A DNA stretch of 64,000 nucleotides from Gemmatimonadales bacterium. Its GTDB lineage: Bacteria; Gemmatimonadota; Gemmatimonadetes; Gemmatimonadales; GWC2-71-9. Location: assembly GCA_035456525.1 (NCBI GenBank), contig DATICZ010000224.1, positions 4,362 through 68,361 on the forward strand, read 5' to 3'. Numbering within the stretch: position 1 is the first letter of the stretch; every line of letters starts with the position of its first letter. The notes beneath the pieces were generated by a model. That model searched no databases. It was not told where the DNA came from and worked only from the letters and a program-made list of their open reading frames with translations. The translations under genes were made by a program, and so were the position numbers. Positions 46,680 to 56,066 of this stretch are shown here, one piece after another.

Positions 46680-47386
46680 GGTGCCTGCCCGGCTTCGATC
46701 GCCGCCCGGCCGTCCTTGCCCAGGCGCTGCAGGTAGGCGATCAACGCCACGATCTCCCGGTCCGTCGTGGTGGTAATGCCGGACTGCCCGAGTCGGGCGA
46801 CGATCCCTTCGGCCTGTTGCTGTATCGCGGCCGGCGCGGTCGCGATGTCCGCCTCGCCGTAGGGCACGCCCACGCGTCGCAGCGCCCGCAGCGAGGCCTG
46901 GATGTCGGCCGCGTCGTAGCGCCGGCCGTAGAGCCAGGAGTAGCCCGGCATGATGCTCCCCGGCGAGGTGCTGCGCGGATCGCGCATGTGCTCGAAATGC
47001 CAGGCATCGGGGTACTTGCCCCCGACCCGCTGCAGGTCGGGACCGGCACGGCGCGAGCCGAGCAGGAACGGATGATCGTAGGCGTACTCGCCCGCCCGGG
47101 TCCACTCGCCGTAGCGCAACACTTCGGCGCGCAGCGGGCGGATCATCTGGGTATGGCAGGTATAGCAGCCTTCCCGGATGTAGACGTCGCGACCGGCGAC
47201 CTCGAGCGGGGAGTAGGGCGTCACACCCGCCAACGTCTCCGGGCCGGTGCGGGTCGAGAACATCGGGACGATCTCGACCATGCCGCCGATCAGGATCACG
47301 ACGGTCGCGAGAGCCGCGAACAGTGCGCCCTTGCCTTCCAGCGCGCGGTGCAGCGCGGTGTAGCCGCGTGCGACGGGCTCGTTCAT
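46676..47386 (-). CDS. ccoO: cbb3 oxidase subunit II (mono-haem CcoO)
   Basis: CYTCHTQMIRP haem motif and an N-terminal TM helix. Confidence 0.92.
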   Translation of the reverse strand: MNEPVARGYTALHRALEGKGALFAALATVVILIGGMVEIVPMFSTRTGPETLAGVTPYSPLEVAGRDVYIREGCYTCHTQMIRPLRAEVLRYGEWTRAGEYAYDHPFLLGSRRAGPDLQRVGGKYPDAWHFEHMRDPRSTSPGSIMPGYSWLYGRRYDAADIQASLRALRRVGVPYGEADIATAPAAIQQQAEGIVARLGQSGITTTTDREIVALIAYLQRLGKDGRAAIEAGQAP

Positions 47387-48840
47387 GACGCCGCCTCCGT
47401 TCCGGCCGCCGCGGGAGCTCCGGTCGACGTCTCCATGGTCCGCCCCGTGATGGTCTTGAAGAAGTTCACCGCGAGCATGATGGCGCCGGTGAAGTAGAGG
47501 AGCCCGCCCGCGAGGCGCAGCCAGTAGAACGGCGCGAGCTGGTGGACGATGTCCACGAAATTCGGGTAGCGGAGCTGGCCGGCGTCATCGAAGGCACGCC
47601 ATTCCAGGCCCTCGGTGAGTCCCGCCGCCCACATCGACACCGTGTAGAGGACGATGCCGATCGTCGCGAGCCAGAAGTGGATCGCGGGCCAGTCGGGATG
47701 CGCCAGCCGGCGGTTCCACACCTTGGGAATCACCCAGTAGAGCACGCCGAAGGAAATCATCCCCACCCACCCCAGCGCCCCCGAGTGCACGTGGCCGATC
47801 GTCCAGTTGGTGTTGTGCGAGAGACTGTTCACGGTGCGAATGGACATCATCGGCCCCTCGAACGTGCTCATCCCGTAGAAGCTCACGGCCACGACGAGGA
47901 ACTTGAGGATGGGATCGGTGCGGACACGGTCCCAGGCGCCGCGCAGGGTCAGCAGGCCGTTCAGCATGCCGCCCCACGACGGAGCGAGCAGCATGATGCT
48001 GAAGACCATGCCCAGCGTCTGCGCCCACTCGGGCAGCGCCGAGTACAGGAGGTGGTGGGGTCCGGCCCAGATGTAGAGGAAGATCAACGCCCAGAAGTGC
48101 ACGATCGAGAGGCGGTAGCTGAAGATCGGCCGCCCAGAGATGCGCGGCAGATAGTAGTACATGAGCCCTAGGAACGGGGTGGTGAGAAAGAACCCCACCG
48201 CGTTGTGCCCGTACCACCATTGCACCAGCGCGTCGGTGAGCCCCGCGTACACCGGATAGGAACGCAGCCACGTCGCCGGCACGGCGAGGCTGTTCACGAT
48301 GTGCAGCACGGCGATCGTGATCACGAACGACATGTAGAACCAGAGCGCGACGTACAGGTGCTGCGTCTTGCGGATGGCGATCGTGCCGAAGAAGTTGACG
48401 GCGAAGATCACCCAGACGACGGTGATCAGGACGTCGATCGGCCAGATCAGCTCGGCATACTCCTTCGATTCGGTGAGGCCGAGCGGCAGGGTGATCGCGG
48501 CGCAGACGATGACGAGCTGCCAGCCCCAGAAGTGGAGCCGTGAGAGCAGGTCGCTGTACATCCGCGTCTTGAGGAGGCGCTGCATCGAGTGGTAGATCCC
48601 GAAGAAGCAGACGTTCCCCGCGAAGGCGAAGATCACGGCATTGGTATGCAGCGGCCGCAGCCGCCCGAAGGTCGTGAACGACAGCCCCAGATTCGCGGGC
48701 CACCACGCGAGCTCCAGCGCGATCCAGACGCCGACGAGCATGCCCACGACCGCCCACACGACGGTCGCGATGACGAACATCTTGACGATCTGGTTGTCGT
48801 AGCGAGGCTCGTCCACGTTCTTCACCCCGGTATATTCCAT
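47383..48840 (-). CDS. ccoN: cbb3 oxidase subunit I (CcoN)
   Basis: Start moved to MEYTGVKNVDEPRYDNQIVKMF (ATG 48838-48840). 12 or more TM helices and conserved His ligands (WAGPHH, HVHSGALGW). Confidence 0.92.
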   Translation of the reverse strand: MEYTGVKNVDEPRYDNQIVKMFVIATVVWAVVGMLVGVWIALELAWWPANLGLSFTTFGRLRPLHTNAVIFAFAGNVCFFGIYHSMQRLLKTRMYSDLLSRLHFWGWQLVIVCAAITLPLGLTESKEYAELIWPIDVLITVVWVIFAVNFFGTIAIRKTQHLYVALWFYMSFVITIAVLHIVNSLAVPATWLRSYPVYAGLTDALVQWWYGHNAVGFFLTTPFLGLMYYYLPRISGRPIFSYRLSIVHFWALIFLYIWAGPHHLLYSALPEWAQTLGMVFSIMLLAPSWGGMLNGLLTLRGAWDRVRTDPILKFLVVAVSFYGMSTFEGPMMSIRTVNSLSHNTNWTIGHVHSGALGWVGMISFGVLYWVIPKVWNRRLAHPDWPAIHFWLATIGIVLYTVSMWAAGLTEGLEWRAFDDAGQLRYPNFVDIVHQLAPFYWLRLAGGLLYFTGAIMLAVNFFKTITGRTMETSTGAPAAAGTEAAS

Positions 48841-48846
48841 GGCGTC

Positions 48847-49512
48847 GTGTACCTCCTCGGTGCCGCGTTTCTCACCGGCTTGCTCGGCAGCGTGCATTGC
48901 GTCGCCATGTGCGGCGCCTTCGCAGCGTCCTGCACCCGCGTGCCGCGCGGGCTGCCCGCCTGGCACGCCGGGCGCATCGGCACGTACGCACTGCTCGGCG
49001 CCTTCGCCGGCGCCGCCGGGCATCTCCTGCCGGGTCCGCCGTGGCTTCCGGCCGTGGTCGCGGCGGCCCTGCTGCTGTGGTTCGCCCTCGCTCTCGCCGG
49101 ACTCGTCCCCGAGCCTCGTCTCATCCCGCGGGGGCTCACCAGCGCCGCCAGCCGCGCCGCGCATACCACCGCCCCCGCCGCACAACTCGCCTTCGGGATC
49201 GCGAACGGCTTCCTGCCGTGCGGCCTCGTGTACTCGGCGCTCAGCATCCCCGTCGCGCTCGCCGATCCCGCTCGCGGTGCGCTCGCGATGCTCGCGTTCG
49301 GCGCGGGCACGCTGCCCGCGCTGAGCTTCGCCGCGTTCGGCCTGCGGCGTTTCGTCATGACGAGCCTGTGGCGGAGACGCGCCCTGGCCGTTCTGGTGCT
49401 GGCTGCCGGCGCGTGGGCCATCTGGACCCGGGCGACCGGCATGATCACCGCCGGCCACCACCAGGCGCCGGCCGCGCCCGCGATGCCACATCCGACGCCG
49501 GCTTCAGAGTAG
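48847..49512 (+). CDS. DsbD_2 / TauE-SafE-like membrane protein with an HCxxMCG motif
   Basis: GTG start giving YLLGAAFLTGLLGSVHCVAMCGAF. About 6 TM helices. This family is commonly linked to cbb3 maturation genes. Confidence 0.65.
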   Translation: MYLLGAAFLTGLLGSVHCVAMCGAFAASCTRVPRGLPAWHAGRIGTYALLGAFAGAAGHLLPGPPWLPAVVAAALLLWFALALAGLVPEPRLIPRGLTSAASRAAHTTAPAAQLAFGIANGFLPCGLVYSALSIPVALADPARGALAMLAFGAGTLPALSFAAFGLRRFVMTSLWRRRALAVLVLAAGAWAIWTRATGMITAGHHQAPAAPAMPHPTPASE

Positions 49513-49609
49513 GCGGGAATTGGTGAAGGAAGGGGCGTGACTGGATGAAGAAACGTTCACGTCGTCCAGCAACCTCATACCCGACAGCGGTCTGACGATG
49601 TTTCCCCGG

Positions 49610-50464
49610 CTACTTCAGACCGCTGAGCTGGATGCCTTTGACGAAGTAGCGCTGAGCGAGGAAGAACAACACCACGAGCGGCACGACCGCCGTCACCGCC
49701 GCGGCCATCTGATACGGCCAGTTCGTGTAGTAGATCCCGTGGAACGAGGCGATGCCGACCTCGACCACCTGCATGCGCACCGAGCGCGTGACCACGAGCG
49801 GCCAGAGGAAGCTCTTCCACTGATCCACCAGCCCGAATACCGCCAGCGTAGCCAGCGCGGGACGTGACAGCGGCAGCACCACCTTCCAGAAGATCTGCCA
49901 CTCTCCGGCGCCGTCGAGCCGGGCCGCGTCCTCCAGCTCCCGCGGCAGCGTCTGGAAGAACTGCCGCAGCAGAAAGATCCCCCACACGGTGACCAGCTCG
50001 GTCGTGATCAGGCCCGCGTAGCTGTTCACCCAGCCGAGGGAGGTCACGATCAGAAACCGGGGAATGAGCAGCACGACGGCCGGGACCATCAGGACGGCGA
50101 GAAACAACAGGAAAACGCGGTCACGGCCCGGGAACCGGAGGCGGGCGAACGCATAGGCCGCAGCCGCGCTGGTGAGCACCTGCCCGGTCACGACGACGAC
50201 GGAGACGACGGCGGAGTTCACGAAGAAGCGCCAGAACGGCAGCGCCGTCAGGGCCGAGCCGTAGTTGTCGAATTTCGGATGCGCGGGCAGGATGGCCGGG
50301 GGGTAGCGCATCACCTCGAATTCGTCCATGAGCGACGTGGTCAGCATGTAGAGGAAGGGCAGCGCCATCGTCACCCCGACGATGCCGACCAGCGAGAGCC
50401 GCGACCACCGGCCCCAGCGGACCTTCCCCTTCCGCGAGGCGATCACTGCGGGCGCGTCAGGCAT
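49610..50464 (-). CDS. Carbohydrate ABC transporter permease
   Basis: EAA loop LEDAARLDGAGEWQIFWKVVLPLSRPAL. Start at MPDAPAV, overlapping the upstream permease by 8 nt. Confidence 0.88.
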   Translation of the reverse strand: MPDAPAVIASRKGKVRWGRWSRLSLVGIVGVTMALPFLYMLTTSLMDEFEVMRYPPAILPAHPKFDNYGSALTALPFWRFFVNSAVVSVVVVTGQVLTSAAAAYAFARLRFPGRDRVFLLFLAVLMVPAVVLLIPRFLIVTSLGWVNSYAGLITTELVTVWGIFLLRQFFQTLPRELEDAARLDGAGEWQIFWKVVLPLSRPALATLAVFGLVDQWKSFLWPLVVTRSVRMQVVEVGIASFHGIYYTNWPYQMAAAVTAVVPLVVLFFLAQRYFVKGIQLSGLK

Positions 50465-52265
50465 ACTGGACCTGCCTGCCGAGCAGCCGGAACTGCATCC
50501 AGGTAGCGACGAACAGCAGCGCGAACAGCAACAGCGCCAGGGCGCTCGCCGGCCCGAACTGCAGGAATTCCCACGCCAGCTGGTAGATGCGGTAGACCAG
50601 GACGTCGGTCGCGTGCAACGGTCCGCCGTCGGTGAGCACATACACCAGCGTGAACACCTGGAACGAGGTGATGATGCCGGTCACGAGCACAAACAGCGTG
50701 ACGGGCCGGAGCAAGGGAAACGTGACGCGCCAGAAACGCCGCCAGGCGTTCGCGCCGTCCACTCGCGCCGCATCGAGGTAGTCCCGCGGGATCCCCTGCA
50801 ACCCGGCCTGGAACACGACCATCTGGTAGCCGACCTGCACCCAAATCGAGACGAGCATCACGGCGAGCAGCGCCGTGCGCGGGTTGCCCAGCCAGTCGAC
50901 GGGCCGGATGCCGACCAGCCCGACCAGATAGTTGAGCAGGCCGAAGTCCGGGTGATACATCCACTGCCAGACCAGGGCGATCGCCACGGCGGACGAGACG
51001 TAGGGAAGGAAGAACACCGTGCGTACCAGGCGCGTGGCACGCGAGTGCCGGCGCAGCAGCAAGGCCATTCCCAGTGCGATGGCCATCGCGACCGGCACGT
51101 GCAGGGTGTAGAGCAGCGTGTTCCGCAGCGACACCCACACGAGTGGATCACGCACCACCGTCACGAAGTTCGCGAGCCCGACGAAGGGGCGGGCTGGCTC
51201 GATGGGACTCCAGCGATGCAGCGCGAGGTACAGCGCGAAGAGCATCGGACCGAAGGAGAACGCCACGAGATGCAGCGTCGCGGGGGCAAGGAATCCCCAG
51301 GCGGCCATCGTCTCGCGCAGCGCCCCCGGGCGAACCCGGGATCGCTCGATCCATCCCAGGAGCAGTGCCCCGAGCGGCCCCAGGGCGGCGAGCACCATCG
51401 TGAGCACGAGCCAGCCGCCGGCATTGTCCCCCGCGAAATCCCGCAGCACCACCCACCGGTCAAAGCCGAGCCGCACGCGGATTTCCGCGTGCGGCACGCC
51501 GGCGACGGTCACGCGGCGCACTTCGGTGGGCCCGCTGTCGGCCACGGCGAGGTCCGACTGCGGGGCGAGGCGGGCCAGTCGATCGAGGGGGGGCCAGACT
51601 CGTACGGGAAACCGTGCGGCCGCTTCCTCGAGCAGCAGGCCGGTCTGGTTCAGCCAGCGGGCAGTGGCGTCTCTCCGTCCCTGCACCGCTTCCCGCTGGG
51701 CGACCCATCCGACCAGGACGGCGACGGCGGCGCAAACGACCACGGCGCGGCGGCCACCGCTCAGCGCCAACGCGCCGGCGAGCGCGAGCAGGACGAGCAG
51801 CACGAGGTTCCAGCCGGCGAGCAGCGGTTCGGTCGCCGCCGGGCGGACGGTGACGGCGCCGACGACGTCCCAATCATCCCGGTCCTTCAACGGCGCCACC
51901 ACGACGTCGTCCAGCTGCCGAGTCGCTTCGCGCTGGCGCAGCTCGCTGAACAGCGCGGCGGAGAGCGGCGGATCGGCCGCCCGCACCAACGGCGCGGTCC
52001 CGTGGTACACCTCGATCTGCCCCCGCCATCTCGGCAACCGGCCAAGTCCGCGCGCCTGCACCAGCAGCCGCGCGAGATCGTAGCTCGCGCCGCCGGTTGG
52101 GCTCGACGCCGGCGTCACGATCGCCAGATACGCGGCCGCGGTCTGGGCCGCCCGGGCCGCCGCTTCCCAGCCGGCTTTCCGGGCGGCGGCATGGCCCACG
52201 CCGAGGGCCGCCAGGCCGCCGGCCACCGCGACCAGGGACGCCGCGAGGCGCCACCCCAGTTTCAT
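50457..52265 (-). CDS. Carbohydrate ABC transporter permease with an N-terminal extension of about 315 aa
   Basis: The C-terminal half is MalF/UgpA-like (YLDAARVDGANAWRRFWRVTFPLLRP). The N-terminal half has extra TM helices and loops of unknown family. The ATG overlaps the binding-protein stop (ATGA). Confidence 0.8.
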   Translation of the reverse strand: MKLGWRLAASLVAVAGGLAALGVGHAAARKAGWEAAARAAQTAAAYLAIVTPASSPTGGASYDLARLLVQARGLGRLPRWRGQIEVYHGTAPLVRAADPPLSAALFSELRQREATRQLDDVVVAPLKDRDDWDVVGAVTVRPAATEPLLAGWNLVLLVLLALAGALALSGGRRAVVVCAAVAVLVGWVAQREAVQGRRDATARWLNQTGLLLEEAAARFPVRVWPPLDRLARLAPQSDLAVADSGPTEVRRVTVAGVPHAEIRVRLGFDRWVVLRDFAGDNAGGWLVLTMVLAALGPLGALLLGWIERSRVRPGALRETMAAWGFLAPATLHLVAFSFGPMLFALYLALHRWSPIEPARPFVGLANFVTVVRDPLVWVSLRNTLLYTLHVPVAMAIALGMALLLRRHSRATRLVRTVFFLPYVSSAVAIALVWQWMYHPDFGLLNYLVGLVGIRPVDWLGNPRTALLAVMLVSIWVQVGYQMVVFQAGLQGIPRDYLDAARVDGANAWRRFWRVTFPLLRPVTLFVLVTGIITSFQVFTLVYVLTDGGPLHATDVLVYRIYQLAWEFLQFGPASALALLLFALLFVATWMQFRLLGRQVQYA

Positions 52266-53551
52266 TGGTCCTGTGCCAGCAAGCGGTCGAGCCGCAGCGC
52301 CATCTCGCGCGCCGCGACCGCGGGATCGACGTGCTCGAGGGTGATGCGATCCATCATGTCGGGGAGCGCAGCTTCCACCTCGCGCCAGGGCTCGATGCGC
52401 GCCCCCCACGGGATGCGGGCGTGCCGGCTGGCGCGCAGGAAGACCGCTTCCCATCCGGTCGTATCGAGAATCGCCAGCGCCTGGGCCGCCGCGGTGAGGC
52501 TGGGCAGCTCGAGGCCGCCCGCAGCCCGGATCGACTGGGCCAGCGAGTCGGCCAGGTACGCGGCGAGCTGGACCGAGAGCTTGCGATGGAGCGCCGTCGC
52601 CGGAACCGCGAGTCCCGACGCGTAGATCACGGTCTGGGGAGCCGAGCCCGCGCGGTGCGGGATTTCCGCGAACCCCACCCGCAGCCGCCCGTCCTCGGTG
52701 TACGGCCGCACGTTCGGAATCCAGAAATGTCCGCTCGTGAGCATTGCGACCTTGCCCGAGTAGAACAGCCGCAGATTGTCACCCAGGGAGCGACGCAGAT
52801 TGTGGGCGCGCGGCACGATGCTGTCGCGGGTCACCCAACCGGTATACCAGCGAATCGCCTCGATGCTCGCCGGTGAGTCGAGGCAGCCCGACGCCCGCCA
52901 GCCGCCGGCGCACAGGATGTCGCCGCCCCCGGACCACAGCCACGCGGCCCAGAGGAAGTAGCGCCGGTCGTACGCCGTGCCCCACTGGTCCACCTGCCCG
53001 TCCCCGTCGGTGTCGCGCGTCAGTGCGTGCGCGATCCGCAGGAAGTCGTCCCACGTCCAGTCGCCGGTCGGATACGGGATGCCGGCCTGATCGAACAGGT
53101 CTTTGTTGTACATGATGACCATCGGCGTGTATCCCTTGGGCAGCGCGTATACGGCGGCGCCGCGGCGGAATACGTCGAGCACGGTCGGATCATAGCGCGC
53201 GAGGTCGATGCCCAGGCGCGGGAGGTAGGGCGCGAGATCGAGCAGCACCCCGCGGTTCGTGAACGCCGGGACGTCGATGTTGTCGAGCAGGAGCACGTCC
53301 GGGGGGTGGCCCGCCGCGATCGACGTGAGGATGCGCTCGCGATACTCCGCCTGCCCCGTGCCGGCGCTCTGCTGCTGGACCGTGATCCCCGGGTGGCTCC
53401 ACTCGAACGGGGCGAGCACCCGGTTCTCGAGGTCCGCTTCCCGGTAATCGGCCCAATTGGCGAGCTCCAGCTCGGTGCGTCCATCGGCGGGCGCAGCCGC
53501 CCCGCAGGCGCCCACGGCCAGGGCGGCGACGAAGAGGAATGCACACTTCAT
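52262..53551 (-). CDS. ABC transporter sugar-binding lipoprotein
   Basis: [16 protein letters not shown] lipobox and a family-1 solute-binding fold. It is the C-terminal part of track ORF 52262..54487. Confidence 0.85.
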   Translation of the reverse strand: MKCAFLFVAALAVGACGAAAPADGRTELELANWADYREADLENRVLAPFEWSHPGITVQQQSAGTGQAEYRERILTSIAAGHPPDVLLLDNIDVPAFTNRGVLLDLAPYLPRLGIDLARYDPTVLDVFRRGAAVYALPKGYTPMVIMYNKDLFDQAGIPYPTGDWTWDDFLRIAHALTRDTDGDGQVDQWGTAYDRRYFLWAAWLWSGGGDILCAGGWRASGCLDSPASIEAIRWYTGWVTRDSIVPRAHNLRRSLGDNLRLFYSGKVAMLTSGHFWIPNVRPYTEDGRLRVGFAEIPHRAGSAPQTVIYASGLAVPATALHRKLSVQLAAYLADSLAQSIRAAGGLELPSLTAAAQALAILDTTGWEAVFLRASRHARIPWGARIEPWREVEAALPDMMDRITLEHVDPAVAAREMALRLDRLLAQDQ

Positions 53552-54606
53552 CCGATGCGCGCGCCTCCGCCATCGAACAGATGCACGTTGGCCGGCTCCA
53601 CCTGCACCCCCACTCCCATGCCCGAGGCGAGGAGCGGAATCCCTGGCACCTTGGCCACGAGACGGGTGCCGCCCGCATCGAGGTGCACCAGCGTATCGCT
53701 CCCCAGGGGCTCGATCATACGGACCGTTGCGTCTCCCACGCCCTCCCCCTCGACGCCGAGGCTCAGGTGCTCGGGCCTGATACCGATCTGGACGGGCCCG
53801 AGTACGTTCGCCGGCATGCGGAACCGGAGCGATCCGCTGATCACCACCCGCTTGCGCTCCGGCTCCGGCGCGCCAGCCAGGATGTTCATGCCGGGACTGC
53901 CGAGGAACGCGGCGACGAAGGCATCGGCCGGCGCGCGGTACACGTCGGCGGGGGCGCCGAGCTGGCGCAGCCGCCCCTCGTGCAGCACGGCGATGCGCTG
54001 CCCCATGGTCATCGCCTCGATCTGGTCGTGCGTGACGAAGATCATCGTCGCGCCGAGGTCGCGGTGCAGGGTCAGGAGCTCCGCCCGCATCTCGACGCGC
54101 AGCCGCGCGTCGAGATTGGAGAGCGGCTCGTCGAACAGGAACACGCGCGGCTGGCGCACGATGGCGCGTCCCAGCGCCACGCGCTGGCGCTGGCCCCCCG
54201 ACAGCTCTCCGGGGCGTCGCTCCAGCAAGTCGCCCAGGCCCAGTCGGTCGGCCGCCTGCCGCACGCGACGGACGACCTCCGCCTCCGGCGTGCGGCGCAT
54301 CTCGAGCGGGAAGGCGATGTTCTCCCGCACGGTGAGGTGCGGATAGAGCGCGTAGTTCTGAAAGACCATGGCGACGTCGCGATCGCCCGGCGGCAGGAGC
54401 GTCACGTTTCGCGGGCCGATCCGGATCTCCCCCGCCGTGGGCTCCTCGAGACCGGCGATGCAGCGCAACGCCGTGGTCTTGCCGCATCCCGACGGCCCGA
54501 GCAGGACGAGGAACTCCCCGTCCGCCACCTCCAAGGTGAGATCCTGGAGCGCTGGCGCGCCGGAGCTGAACCGCTTGGTGAGCCCGAGGAGGGTGACGGA
54601 GGCCAT
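53548..54606 (-). CDS. Sugar ABC transporter ATP-binding protein (MalK/UgpC/MsmX type)
   Basis: Walker A GPSGCGKTT, signature LSGGQRQRVAL, Walker B VFLFDEPLS, and a C-terminal regulatory domain. Confidence 0.92.
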   Translation of the reverse strand: MASVTLLGLTKRFSSGAPALQDLTLEVADGEFLVLLGPSGCGKTTALRCIAGLEEPTAGEIRIGPRNVTLLPPGDRDVAMVFQNYALYPHLTVRENIAFPLEMRRTPEAEVVRRVRQAADRLGLGDLLERRPGELSGGQRQRVALGRAIVRQPRVFLFDEPLSNLDARLRVEMRAELLTLHRDLGATMIFVTHDQIEAMTMGQRIAVLHEGRLRQLGAPADVYRAPADAFVAAFLGSPGMNILAGAPEPERKRVVISGSLRFRMPANVLGPVQIGIRPEHLSLGVEGEGVGDATVRMIEPLGSDTLVHLDAGGTRLVAKVPGIPLLASGMGVGVQVEPANVHLFDGGGARIG

Positions 54607-54653
54607 CGCGCGGGGTAACCTAGGGTTATTCTGCTGCGGAGGAAACCCTGGCG

Positions 54654-56060
54654 ATGCACCGACCGGCTGCCGCGCTGCTCATCGCCCTTGCGGCGTGCGA
54701 GGGGCCGTTCGTGCCGCCCGCACCCTACCCGCCCCCGCCGGCACCGCCCGCCAGCGTCACGCTCTCACCCGACTCCGCCGTCGTCATCACCGACGACACG
54801 CTGCGCCTGTCCGCCCTGGTGCGGGACTCGGCCGGCAACGTGCTCCCCGATCGCGCGGTGAGCTGGGGCTCGGCCGACACCACGATCGTCGCGCTGGTCA
54901 ACGCGCTCGGCACGGTCCGCGCCCGCCGGCCGGGCTCGACCACGGTGCGGGCCTTCGCCGGCACGGTCTCCGGCTCCGTCACCGTCTTCGTGACGCCGCT
55001 GGTCTTCCACTCGATTTCCACCGGCGCCAACCACACCTGCGCCGTCGCCAACAACCACCACGCGTACTGCTGGGGGGACAACGACGACGCCCAAGTCGGC
55101 ACCGGCACCGCCTCCTTCCTCGAGGCAGCGCCGCGCCGCGTGGCCCTGCTCCCCGAGCAGACCGCCGCCGTCGCCGGGGGTGCCTCGACCTGCGCGCTCG
55201 ATCGCAGCGGAGTGGCGTATTGCTGGGGACGCCAAGTCAACGGCCGGCTGGGGCGGGACGGAAATCCCGGGGATCCGGCGACGCCGACCGCCGTCGCCAC
55301 GGGGCTGCGGTTCGTGACCATCGCGCTGGGCGGCGCGCATGTCTGCGGGCTCGCCGGCGACGGCCATGGATCGTGCTGGGGGGCGGATGGCGCCGGACAG
55401 CTCGGCGTCGGCGGCGGCGTCGATCGCACGACGCCGACGGCGATCTTCGGCGACACGCCGTGGCTCGCCATCACCACCGGAGCCGCTCACACCTGCGCGC
55501 TGGCCAGTGATTCGACGGCCGCGTGCTGGGGCGCCAATCAGGCGGGCCAGCTGGGTGACAGCTCGACCAATGGCCGGAACGTTCCCACGGCCGTGGGCGG
55601 GGGATTGCGGTTCACGGCGATCTCGGCCGGAGGAGAGATCACCTGCGGCCTCACCGCGTCCGGCGCGGCCTACTGCTGGGGACGAAACGCGAGCGGCCAG
55701 ACGGGCACGGGGGGCACCGACACCATCGTCGTCACACCTGCACCGGTGGCCGGTGGACTCGCGTTCCGGACGATCACGGCCGGCGGCCAGCACGCGTGCG
55801 GCATCGCCGCCGACAGCCTCGCCTGGTGCTGGGGAGCAAACGGCAGCGGTCAGCTGGGCGACAGCTCGCAAGCCCCGCGCGCGACGCCGGTCTCGGTCCG
55901 GGGCGGCCTGCACTTCGCCGATCTGCGCGCCGGCGCGGCGTTCACGTGCGGCCTCGCCGGCGGGCTGGTGCTGTACTGCTGGGGGGACGGCACGCAGGGT
56001 CAGCTGGGGCGGGTCCTCCTGGGGTCGAGCACGGTTCCGGTCCGCGTCGCCGGGCAATAG
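54654..56060 (+). CDS. Lipoprotein with a Big_2-like Ig domain and a seven-bladed RCC1/BLIP-II-type propeller
   Basis: LIALAAC lipobox and an Ig-like segment (VTLSPDSAVVITDDTLRLSA...). There are seven repeats of HTCA...(Y/S/A/W)CWGxNxxGQLG. Confidence 0.8.
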   Translation: MHRPAAALLIALAACEGPFVPPAPYPPPPAPPASVTLSPDSAVVITDDTLRLSALVRDSAGNVLPDRAVSWGSADTTIVALVNALGTVRARRPGSTTVRAFAGTVSGSVTVFVTPLVFHSISTGANHTCAVANNHHAYCWGDNDDAQVGTGTASFLEAAPRRVALLPEQTAAVAGGASTCALDRSGVAYCWGRQVNGRLGRDGNPGDPATPTAVATGLRFVTIALGGAHVCGLAGDGHGSCWGADGAGQLGVGGGVDRTTPTAIFGDTPWLAITTGAAHTCALASDSTAACWGANQAGQLGDSSTNGRNVPTAVGGGLRFTAISAGGEITCGLTASGAAYCWGRNASGQTGTGGTDTIVVTPAPVAGGLAFRTITAGGQHACGIAADSLAWCWGANGSGQLGDSSQAPRATPVSVRGGLHFADLRAGAAFTCGLAGGLVLYCWGDGTQGQLGRVLLGSSTVPVRVAGQ

Positions 56061-56066
56061 CCGGCT

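Noticed and set aside
48841-48900. An FNR/FixK box (TTGAT-N4-ATCAA) upstream of ccoN.
   Set aside because: I found no such sequence by eye in the roughly 150 nt upstream of the ccoN start. Regulation cannot be inferred from this window.
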